A stretch of 57,388 nucleotides of DNA, counting the filler, from Sluysia triapertura (Eukaryota), in NCBI GenBank assembly GCA_046118255.1. It is 4 parts of 4 records of this genome, joined end to end, with 100 filler letters (N's around TTAATTAATTAA, not from the genome) between each part and the next. Parts side by side here need not be neighbours in the genome. Positions count along the whole stretch, not along the records: positions 11,931 to 25,584 come from JBJNIA010027504.1; positions 25,685 to 42,099 come from JBJNIA010204041.1; 2 more parts are not named here. One strand, given 5' to 3'. The first letter of the stretch is position 1. Each line of letters begins with the position of its first letter. The position numbers and the translations under genes were made by a program. The notes under the pieces are model-generated. The model saw only the letters and a list, made by a program, of their open reading frames with translations. It had not been told where the DNA came from and searched no databases. Shown piece by piece: positions 14,916 through 26,046 of the stretch.

Positions 14916-14996
14916 CTAATCCTTTTTAATATAAAAATAATTATAATTTATTAATTTTAAAATATAAAAAGGCCCTCTCCACATTGGTGTCAGGAG
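14916..14996 (+). mobile_element. LTR 3' end (...CA) plus tRNA-Leu primer-binding site of a nested LTR element fragment
   Basis: ...TCTCCACA T TGGTGTCAGGAG (14985-14996) is complementary to the tRNA-Leu 3' end CTCCTGACACCA. Confidence 0.55.
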
Positions 14997-15111
14997 GCAC
15001 AAAAAACGACAAAATTTAATTTTATTAGAATCTTTTTTAATAATAATGATAACAATAATTATAATCATAATATTAATAATAATAACAATAATAATAATAA
15101 TAATAAAGATG

Positions 15112-15750
15112 ACTATCATCCTCAATCAAATGGCATAATAGAACGCTTCCACAGGACGCTCAAGTCATCCTTACGAGCACTATCAATTAAATACAATTGG
15201 CGGATTCATTACCTCTTATATTACTTGGTTTGAGGAATATTCCACATTCATCTATAGGATATTCTCCAGCTCAAATCGTATTTGGTACAGATACCAGATT
15301 AGCAAACGAATTATTTGAAACTACACTACCCAAATAACACGTTTTTTCTAGGCATTTTAGATAATATTTCAGTGAATTAGACAAATCACCAGTACATAAC
15401 AATTCACCGCGTGTATACACGCTAAAAAGTATCACCGATTGTGGAAAACCCTAATTCTTTGCAGCCAACATACACAGGTCCGTACAAAGTAGTAAGTATA
15501 AACAATGAAAATCAAACTGTCATTATCTCAATCACTGGACAACATCGAAATATAAACTGATGCACAATCAAGCCAGCGACAATTTTAATAGATAATAAAG
15601 AAAACAATAAAGAAGGAAATCAAATCAGTTACTTTTGATACCGGAGCTGCTGTACAATTATTCAACAAGAGAACCAGTGCGAACAGTTCAAAATGTCAAA
15701 AATCCCTTTTAACACACCTTTACGCTCTGGGCTCAAAAGGAAATCACACC
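15112..15750 (+). mobile_element. Gypsy integrase core and GPY/F C-terminal remnant
   Basis: YHPQSNGIIERFHRTLKSSL...LPLILLGLRNIPHSSIGYSPAQIVFG...LQPTYTGPYKVV, with frameshifts. Confidence 0.88.
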
Positions 15751-16102
15751 AAAATTTCAACACTTCATCACGAAAAAAATTTCTTACATACATAGAACAC
15801 TAAATAAACTACTTGACTCATTCAATAAACAAACATAACCATTGTATATAATTATCACGAGTTATAGTTATTACATTATAAATCCAATAATAATTCTCAT
15901 AATAATTTCATTTTTTAATTATAATATTACTATTTCATTAACTATTTCATTTCTTATTACAAAGTTTAATATTTCGTTAAATTGTTTGTCTATAATTAAA
16001 AGAATTGATGCTTTCTTAAATAGTTCGTTAATAATTTTAAATGTAAATTTGTTAAAGAGATTAATTATAAAATTAAACAATTTAAATGGTAAAAATAAAA
16101 AG

Positions 16103-16118
16103 CCCACTCCTGACACAA
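16103..16118 (-). other. tRNA-Leu primer-binding site (minus strand)
   Basis: The reverse complement TTGTGTCAGGAGTGGG is one mismatch from TGGTGTCAGGAGTGGG. Confidence 0.55.
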
Positions 16119-19100
16119 ATTTTTATTAAATTTTTAAAAAATATTCTTTATCGTAATGAAAAATCTGTTTTACTTAATTAAATTAATTTCAATATGGCGA
16201 TAGGTATGTTAATATAAATAGCGTTAATTTTTTAGGCAAAATAATAAGTAAAATTCAACAAAAATTTTCAGAAAGTTTTTAGGAAGCAACAATTTTGGAA
16301 GAAATAATATTTATCAATAATATTAAGCAATTCCATGTCTACCAAATAATTTATATATACAAGTTTAAAGTATTCATTAAATATCTAATAATATTCAAAA
16401 TTATCTAATTTTTTGGAGCAACACCTTAAAAATGGTTGCGTAATTTATTTTTAAAATACGAAAACAATCAACGGAGGTTGAATTGTTAAAATGCATAATT
16501 TTATTATATTATTTGGTTTTTGCAAAATTTTTCGAAAAAGAACTTTTAGTATCATCTTTTAATAATACACATTAATAGGTCTATTCAGTTGTTATCATTA
16601 GCGCAATCATTTGTTAGCAACACCTTAAAAAGGATTGCGTAATTATTAATTTAATTTTTGTTAACAAAAATTAAAAATAAATAACTAAATAAAATTTAAT
16701 TGAACAACTAATTTAGATACATTTAAGTTTAAGTATTAAATCCTAATAACACGTCTCCAACAGTGGTATAAATCATGCGTATTAGGCGAATCGACCCTCA
16801 GATATTTTGTAAGTAAATTTAAGTTTTAGATAAAGCACCTGCATAGGCACAAAAATATGATAAAAGTATTTCAATATTATTTGCAATAATTGTAAATAAA
16901 TTTTATAATTTTCATGAAATAATTCTTGTAGTACATCAATTATCAATCACATGTCTTTATTAAATTTATAAATAATATTCATTTACCGGGTGAAATTACA
17001 CTGATTTTTTAAATGATACTTTTTAAGGTTTAATAAAGTTACCACGAAACTCAAAATTACTAACTAAAATTATGGATGAGAAAATTGTCAAGGCTAGATT
17101 AATAAAGAACTAATGGTTAATAATAATAATGTAATCTAACAATAAAATTAATGAAATAATAATGTAAATAATATAATCTTAATAAACCGAGCAACACTTC
17201 GTTTTCCAAATTTAAATGCTAATAATAATAAAATAACAAATCAAACCGAGATTTGATTGGCATTTCAAAACTGAATAAACGCTCAGATACTGAGCACAAG
17301 TGTGAAATAATTATTGATTTAAGAGAATGTGTGCTTACCAATTTTAATTGATATTTACATTTATAACTAGAGATTGATAAAACTACACACGAAATTTTGT
17401 TCCAACATATATTTGTTAAGTTTTGTGCGGTTTAAAAATCACGTAAAACAGTCATAATTATTTGATAATATTTTCCTGTTGCAGTATCTTATTAAAATAA
17501 GTTTAAAAATTATTTAAAAACTCAAATCTTTAAATAAATAACATCGCTATTCTTTCTTTTACTTTATTCTGGCTGTGCACGTCAATGTATTAATTATTTT
17601 ATAGTATTAAATAGATTGGATTTAAATTAGATTGAGCTTTTCCGTAATCCTTTTTAAATAGAAGCTTAAACTTATGGGACTTATAAATTCATTAATAAAA
17701 ATCATTTAAATTCTAATTCCATGTCGCAGATCTCACATAAGTTGACTTATGTAAATAAATTTCTAACATCCACAAAACCACTAAAAATCTTTCTTAATAG
17801 TTTATACCTTTTCTATTGATGATTAAACTTCATTACAAATAAATATTATTCGATCTCGATCTTAAAGTTAATTTGAGGTGGTTATACTTACAAGTTAATT
17901 TTTGGCACATAAATGCCAATTCGCATATTGAATACTTTCTCAGAATGAACAGTAAGTGAGGCTTGAACACGAATACCTCATAATAATCGCCCTCTAGATA
18001 TAAATTTTTCAAAGCTAATCTTACAAACATAGCAAAGTCGTGTGATATCGCATCTCCAACTTATTTTGATCCACAGAATTTCAAATCCTGAATTATTTTA
18101 AAATATTTAAAAACAATTTTTAAACTTCATGTCGACATACAATAATCTAAAATACAATAAAATAATAATAGTAATAATTAATTTACCTAAACGAATTACT
18201 AATTGAATTCCCTCGATAATAATAATTAATTTGCCTGACAAGCATATGTTTTAATAAAATAAAAAGTTACTAATTGATTTCCTGCAATTAAATAAATAAT
18301 GAATAAATCTCTCTCAATAGTGAAGTAAAAGAAAAATAGTATTTAAGAAGTTACTTTCAAGCAGTTAACAACAGTCATAACACTGTAAGTCACGAGGCAA
18401 TTTTTACAGAAATATTAAAAATAGTTAATCTCAAAAATTTCGATTATAACTACTAAATTCGAAGATTATTTCAGTACAATACAATTAAATTAAAAGTTAC
18501 CAGCAACAACTTAACCACTGGAAAGCCATTCGATCGAATTATTAATTAGTTAATTCGCGAGTTTTATCTGTATAAGTTTTCACCTTATTTAAAATAAGAT
18601 ATAAGATCTGACCTAAAGTGCATACTTTATTTGATTAATTTAAGCGCTAGCTATAAATAATTTATAAATAATTTATTACATTTTATCTAATAAAATAAAT
18701 TATAATCAGAGAAAAGAAAGAGTTTAGATCTATTTTTATTATTTTTGTCTCCATCTGCTTATAATACACATTAGTGACTTTAATTATTTGATTTTTCGTA
18801 AACAGAAATATCTTAAGTTATTAAACATTAAAGGTCATTTAAAGAACAAAACTTGTAAGTGATTGTAAAATTTTGAAAGAATTTAATAATTGATTTTAAT
18901 AGATACAATAGACAAATAAAAGAACATTGAAATAAGCTATACTTACTGAATATAAGTTACAAAATAAGATCAAAAGAATTATTGAATACGTATTAAACAA
19001 AGAAAACCCTATAGGAAATAAATCGTATACTTTAGGTGAACCCACCACAAAAAATTATTTAATTAAAATTTACGAGTAACAAAGCTGTGACAATCATCTG

Positions 19101-20241
19101 AAGCATTATTATAATCAGAATTTAAACAGTAATAACAATTTATTACCTTATTTAACTAAAATAATTAAATTATTTCCTAAATGTCCTAAGGGCCATCGCA
19201 ATTCCTTAATCATTAATTATATTATCAGTAACAGTAAACATAATCCACTATCTTAAAATTTAATTTAGTTTAGTTAATATTCATAATCTTTAACTCACTT
19301 TACATTTGTTACTATTTATCAAATTTTTATGTATTCATCACAAGCATCTAAAAGTAATAGTAAACTTCATTAATGTTTTGCACCATGGTTTTAATTCGAT
19401 CGAGATCGAATTGCTAATTTAAAATTATCTTTGGTCAGTTGAAACTGTTTTAGGCCATTGTGACAAATTATGATTTTTCATGACGACATAGCTACACTGT
19501 CTTCGACTGGTTTGTGAATAGTACTAATCAGAATCAAAAATTATTTATCATAGTTACTTTTGTTAGAGCATAATGAATTTGCGATACAGATGACGTTTTG
19601 AATGTTAAAGTTTTGACAATTTTATATTTAAGATTAGCTGTGCTCTAAAATCTTCATCAGTAAGAGACAATATTGGTTTTACAATTCATTGCAAATCTGT
19701 TAATTCTTGATCATCAGAATTTGTATTTGATAACTGATACTTCAACCACGCACTCCTTCACATCATAATAATTTATTTCGTTCATACCAAAAATATTTTC
19801 TTGGTTTTCCTTAAATAAATTTAAATTATTTAATTTCTTTCTTCAATAATTTTTTCAGAGTTCCCAAATTGTTTAATTATTTTATCAAACATTCTTGGCC
19901 GCTTCATCGTACAATGAGACGATTCGTTAATCAAAAGATTTCTATCATTACTTTTGGATTTATGCAGAATAAATTGTAAATTATTTTTTAGTTTCTTTTC
20001 CGTACAAATAAAGAAATAATTATTTTCAACCATATTAAACAAAAAACAGTATTATGTTCGAAATAAATCGATATCATCGTACATTTTAAATAATAATCAA
20101 CTATTTCAGTTACAATTGATATTTTTAATTAAGTTTTCTCCAGTGAAATATGAATTGGCAGCTACTGTATTCGATTCACATTTCATTAGGAAAACTGTCA
20201 CATTGAAGACTATAGTGATAATAAGACATTTTTTGATTTAA

Positions 20242-20309
<68 letters not shown>
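20242..20309. repeat. (ATT)n microsatellite
   Basis: Perfect ATT run of about 22 units. Confidence 0.95.
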
Positions 20310-20310
<1 letters not shown>

Positions 20311-20614
20311 AAATGAAACTAATGTCTTAGTAAGAAAAATTACATCTTATATTAAATAATTAAAATGATTTATAATGAGATTAGGATATACACGAAGTTG
20401 TACTGACAAATATAGTACCGACTTTATGTTGTAAACCAAAAGTTAATACTAATAAAAAATTAAAATCAATTCGAACTAAACAAATAGCCAGTATTGATGT
20501 GGAGAAAATATAAATTAAAAAGTTATTGTTTTAGAAGAATATTAAAAATTTGAAAAATTTATTTAAGCACGGTAAAAACTTAGAAAAATTTAAGTGTGAA
20601 AATCTATTAGTTTA

Positions 20615-20850
20615 TACCAGGAGATAATTCCTGTCTCAATATGTTGGTTCTAAGCGCAAATGTGTCAATGATTTAAGTACTACAACTACAACAAGCCGGG
20701 ATAGATAAGATCGAATTTTACAATTCAACCATCATTCTGCCGGTGATATCTCACACGTTAGCAGAACATCCATGCTTTGTGAAGGTATCTACTTCGATTA
20801 CCATCTTAGAGAAATCTCGAGCCCAGTCATGGAACCCACCCTCCCATAAA
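20615..20850 (+). mobile_element. Short, highly decayed RLE (NeSL/R2-like) endonuclease fragment
   Basis: Patchy nucleotide similarity to the minus strand of 32180-32460, e.g. AAGCGCAAATGTGTCAAT vs AAGCGCAAGGTGTCAAT. Reads PGDNS.L...LQQAGIDKIEFY. Confidence 0.35.
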
Positions 20851-20887
20851 ACTAAACTAAATCCAAATAATTTTAAATTAAAATAAA

Positions 20888-21050
20888 ATTTCAAAACCGA
20901 ATTAATAAAACTTAAAATTCTAGATAATATAAAGTAAGTGTAATATAATATTTGTATTTGATGTTATATTTTTTGTACAATTTTATTTTTTATATTTATG
21001 TAAGAGAAACCTCATTTATGAACTTCACATTTGAAAATATCTTTGGAAAT
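20888..21050 (+). repeat. Dispersed direct repeat, copy 1 (possible LTR)
   Basis: Shares TTTCAAAACCGAAT...CTAGATAATATAA...TATTTGATGTTATATTTTTTGTA...ATATTTATGTAAGAG.AACC...AACTTCACATTT with 23697-23890. Confidence 0.7.
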
Positions 21051-22519
21051 TAAAATAAATAAAGAACAAAACTTACTTTATTTAATTTAAATAAATAGTT
21101 ATTATTAGAACTTACTTTATTTTGTTTCTTAATTTAAAGCTCGAATTACAATATGGCATAATTACGATATCATAAGTAATAACGATTTTTCTCTTCCTTC
21201 ATTAATCACTTTTTTAGCAGGTATGATTATACGTATGTTTATTAGAACTTTTTTTGTATATATATACAAACAAAATAATAAAAAGGGGATTGGTAGTAAA
21301 AATAAAAGGAATCATAATGATACCAATAACATAATTATTTTATTTTAATATGATGATATTGATGACATTGTGATATTATTATAAGAATTATTACATGATA
21401 ATCATAATAATAACAAAAATGAAATTATTATATGTTTTAATATGATGATGTTAAAGATATTGTAGTATTATCATAAGAATTATTATTGCAATTGGATTTA
21501 TAATAACAATAACTATAACTCATGATAATCATGCACAATGATTTAATTTGTTTTTTGAATGAGTCAAATAATTTATTTAGTGTTTGTGTGTTTGTGATTT
21601 CGACGTGATTTCCCTACAGTAAGCGATTGAATGGACATATAAAAGATCAAATATAAAATACTAAACATAGAAAAAAATTAATTAGTTTACGTGGTACGCT
21701 GTCGATACGCTGCTCAATTAATTTTAGTTTGGTAATTCATAATTTGTGGTACGTTGCTAAATCAATAAACTTAAACTGTAGTTTTTTAATTTGGTAATTT
21801 TTAATTTAATTTGACAAATTATAAATTGTGGTAAGCTGTTCGAAAATTTCCACGCGACTCTAAGTGCTTCTAATACGTGATTCGAGTTATTGGTAATTGA
21901 AAACGTTAATGTGACCAGATATCCATTCAATTATTAAACAAAAACAAAAGGAAAATTTTTGTAAGTTTTATAGTCGTAAAATTTGTCTTAGTTTATTAAG
22001 ACGTAATTTTGACTTAAACTATCTAATAAAAACATCTCTAATTTTCATTAGAGACAATTTGTTTAACAAAAATATTCCTTCATATTATTCTTTGCCTTCT
22101 AATAACAAGTATTATATAATTTACATTTTGTAATTTTTATATATTTGCCTTATAAATTATATATTTTAGGACTTTGTGCTATTTAGTTAATATAGTGCAA
22201 TTTTGATAATTTAACTTATAGACTTGCAGATTTTTGTTTTATTAGGAAGAGGCAATTAATTAATCATTGTATAAATAAAGAACAATTGAGAAAGATTTAA
22301 ATAACAAAGATTAAGACAAAAAACATCAAAAAATTAAATAAAATTTATTGTTCCTTGGCGAGTTGTTATAATTGAATTAAAGGAAAGCTAAGTTAACCTC
22401 GAGAATAACAGAAATATCAGATAATTTTTAATAATAATAAACACGTTTTAAACTAGTAAAAGATTGATAAAATTTTAGCACACAGATGCTCGAAGATAAG
22501 TTGTGAAGAAGTACAATAA

Positions 22520-23346
22520 TCATTTAAAAAAGGTAAAAATATTAAGATAAGAATTACGACCGTCCAATAAAAGTTTTCAGACCCTCGTTAAATAGTTAAA
22601 TCCTCACAAGCTTAACTCGTCAACTATAGGCGGACCTAAATATTAAAATATAATTTGTTAATCATATTAAAAGAAAGACTAGCATGTACAATCACAACAC
22701 ATTACTTTTAAATGCGTTCCAAAATGGATGCCAATTTTGGAGGACTTAAAAATTCTAATCACTTTTAATAACTTTATCAAATTAACAAATACATTATAAA
22801 TTAGTTAACAAAATAGGCTTAAGGCCTTTACACAAAAAAATTGTAGAAAACATACAACGAAATTTAATTTAAATTTATTTTTAAGAAATGAACAATTTAA
22901 TAAAATTACTCTTAAAAATATAATGAACGGATTAGTATATATTCTGATATCAGTTAATTCGACCGTGGATTTTTTTCTTATAAACCTCCATTATACATCG
23001 AAACCGGATGATTAAGATTCAAGTACTTGAGAAACTCGACTTTTATAATTCGCAGGTTTTCTATCTGGTTCGGTTCAAGATTGAGTTCTACTAAGAAACT
23101 GTGAAATTTGATTGGAGATATATCAACTGTTTTATTAAATGAATAATTCAGTTTTAATAAATAAATTTTCTTTAATGCTTCTATATTTGAAATATAATTT
23201 TTTAAAATATCTACGTAATACAAGTCTTTGTAATTTTCTGTACCATAAGCATTACGAAGTAATAAACTAATGCCGTGTTCGCATATCGCTTCGCCAAGAG
23301 CATTGTCGAGTAATGTTTCTACTACAATTTTAATATCACCTTCCAC
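22520..23346 (-). mobile_element. Decayed BEL/Pao-like gag (DUF1759-type); the 122-aa ORF 22978-23346 is possibly its N-terminal part
   Basis: The minus strand reads QNWHPFWNAFKSNV (~22700-22745), then LGPP...LSL*GFNY...KLLL, matching the W..FW..F...V / L.G.A...L...NY..A..LL pattern. Confidence 0.45.
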
Positions 23347-23696
23347 AAATTCAATACAATTTATTTTCTATTGTTTGATATTTTTTTTGTAATTATTATT
23401 TCAGATATCGAGGCAACAACGGTTGTGATGGTAGTAGTAACTTAGTAGTAGTAGTAATAGTAGTATTAATGATAGTATTGTTTACAATAATAATAATTAT
23501 AGTAATAACAGCAATATTAGTCAAATTTAATCCCAAATTGGACACAAACTTCAAAAGTACAATATTAAAAAGGTAGCGTTAACCAAGAATAATATTAATA
23601 AGAAAAATACTAATAATACAACAATTTTAAAAAAAATGAAATGCAAAGAACCTTTAAGATTAAACACGTAGCAACAAGTATAACTAAGCGCATACA

Positions 23697-23890
23697 ATTT
23701 CAAAACCGAATACATAAGTTAACACTAATGAAATAATAAAACGTACACATTCTAGAATCTAGATAATATAACCTAAGTGTAATATAAATTATTAATATAA
23801 TATTTGATGTTATATTTTTTGTATAGTTTTATATTTATGTAAGAGTAACCTTATTTATCAACTTCACATTTAAAAATAGCATTAGAAATA
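23697..23890 (+). repeat. Dispersed direct repeat, copy 2 (possible LTR)
   Basis: Homologous to 20888-21050 in the same orientation. Confidence 0.7.
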
Positions 23891-25584
23891 AAAAAAACTT
23901 TATATGATGTAAAATTACGTAAACTTACAAAATTTAAACATACATTACACAAACGGTTAAAAATTCAAAAAAAACCATATCAAAAAGTACGTAGAAACCC
24001 CTTTAAGCAACAATGTAGCACTTGGAAATAAGCTAACTAATATGAAGAAACACCATGGATCAAACTCATATGTCAATTTTTGTGGTGTTTAGATCATTTT
24101 ACCGAAAAATGGACCTAAACAAGGTAGTCCATTAATGGATGAATTAATGCAGTCACAAGTACGTATGGTTACAGTTATGGCCACAAACTTCCAACTGATT
24201 CTTACGATGAGAATCCTTATCTCTGTCGCAGTGTATTCACGGCTAGAATGAAGCCGTGACTTACATTAAATTTCAATTTGTTTGAGCATCGAAATTCGAT
24301 AAGATTCAGTTACATCAAAATTAGCATAAAAATTGGCCTTTATTTTGGAAGCACTTTAATTTTACATTAGTTTGCTTAAGTTTCATTGTTATGTAAAGCG
24401 CGTAATTTAAAATATGCAACAAAATCAAGGTAAAATCTATTTTTTCCATTATCTTTCAAAGCCATTTTAAATAAGTCTATAAACTCTTAATTAAAGTTCC
24501 ATTAAATATATTCGTCTTTAAATCACTAAGTATTTATCGTCTCAGTCTTGTACGAACATTATACACATTTATTGTATAGAACATTGATATTAATTTAAAT
24601 ATTAAACAATACATTAATTTGTTTTTATTTTAATTGATTGTTATTTACCAACCCCACTAAAATAGAGCGCACATTGCAAGACTCATTTTAAATTTGCAAA
24701 CATTTTTGTCATAATAGTATTATTTTCAATACTTTCAAGGAGCTTGTGATAAGGTCTTATTTTAACACTTGCATTTTATTTAAAAGTTTCAGTTATTAAA
24801 AGAAAAAAATTTGAATATGTGCCATAAAAATGGGTTAAATTAATTTCAGTTTATGATATTAATCTTTATATTTAAAGAAACTGCATCATAACGATCTCAG
24901 AAATTTGACAGTAAATTTACACAGTTAATGCTAGCACATGCTGCTTGTAAAGATACCCTACTTTTAAAAATCTCATTGTTCGTCTTTTGTTTATTGAGCA
25001 AACAAAAAATATGTTCACCTTTTCATTATTTAAGAAAATACAAGAAAGTAACTCGAATCTTGCGCGAATAAATTTTAGATTTTTTAGATATACTATTATT
25101 GTTAATTATTAATTAAATTAATAAAATATTGTAATTGATGTACGATTATCAAATTTCAGATAAAGCGGGGTTCGCCACCGCAAAAACTGAAATATACATT
25201 CAATTACATATCATTTTTGATATATATTATTTAGTAATCACATTTTATAAATTTGCAATTTGTTAATATCTAAAGAATCGTTTAAAGTTAATAAAATGTA
25301 TGACTGACTATTATTATTATTATCATTCGTTTACTTTTAATCCCTAACAAAAACATAAAGATTGGAATTTGCTTATTAAAGTAACAAATAATCTTAGATT
25401 AAACGACACAAATCCAAAAATTATTAAACAAATAAAGATAAGAGATCGATCATTAAATATTAGAAGCAAGTCCCTGTTTACATATTAAAGAGATTTCCTG
25501 ACGAACGACTAACATCTCTTATCCAAATCAGCCAGCCACAAATTTGTATATATTCAAAATTAAGCTGTCAATTTATAGGTTTAT

Positions 25585-25684
25585 NNNNNNNNNNNNNNNN
25601 NNNNNNNNNNNNNNNNNNNNNNNNNNNNTTAATTAATTAANNNNNNNNNNNNNNNNNNNNNNNNNNNNNNNNNNNNNNNNNNNN
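25585..25684. other. Artificial contig linker
   Basis: 44 N + TTAATTAATTAA + 44 N. Confidence 0.97.
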
Positions 25685-26046
25685 TCACTTATTTAAATTA
25701 TAATATGTTAATGTGAGGTGTAATGCATGTTTATGTTGTGTATATTAAAAGTAAAGGTAGGAAATGAAATTACTATTGATTTTATTATTCTTCAGAGCTT
25801 TGTTGAAAACTAAATATATTAATTGCTGAATACAACAGAACCGAAACAATTTGATAGCATATTCTATAAACATACTCTATTGTAACGTTTTTAATAATTG
25901 CATTTAAATGGAACTTTTAAAATTTCATATTATGTGAATTAAATGCCAAAAACTACAATGCTTTTTGTTTTCTAAATTGAAAAATCAAATATAATTAAGA
26001 CTAAATAATGTAATTAAATAAAAAAAACTAAAATATAAAAATTTAA

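Noticed and set aside
15625-15660. TFDTGAAV as an aspartic protease motif
   Set aside because: It lies after the integrase GPY/F region and has no downstream ILG motif; more likely a chance match in the pol tail.
19960-20010. ICTEKKLKNNLQFILH resembling a POGZ/ZNF280 C2H2 finger
   Set aside because: A single incomplete motif in stop-ridden sequence; too weak to call.
20820-20855. Rhodanese-like EGGFHDW motif on the minus strand
   Set aside because: It is antisense to a probable RLE relic and there is no other rhodanese sequence.
24065-24135. NGPKQGSPL resembling a LINE RT motif
   Set aside because: An isolated short match with no YADD or other RT motifs nearby.
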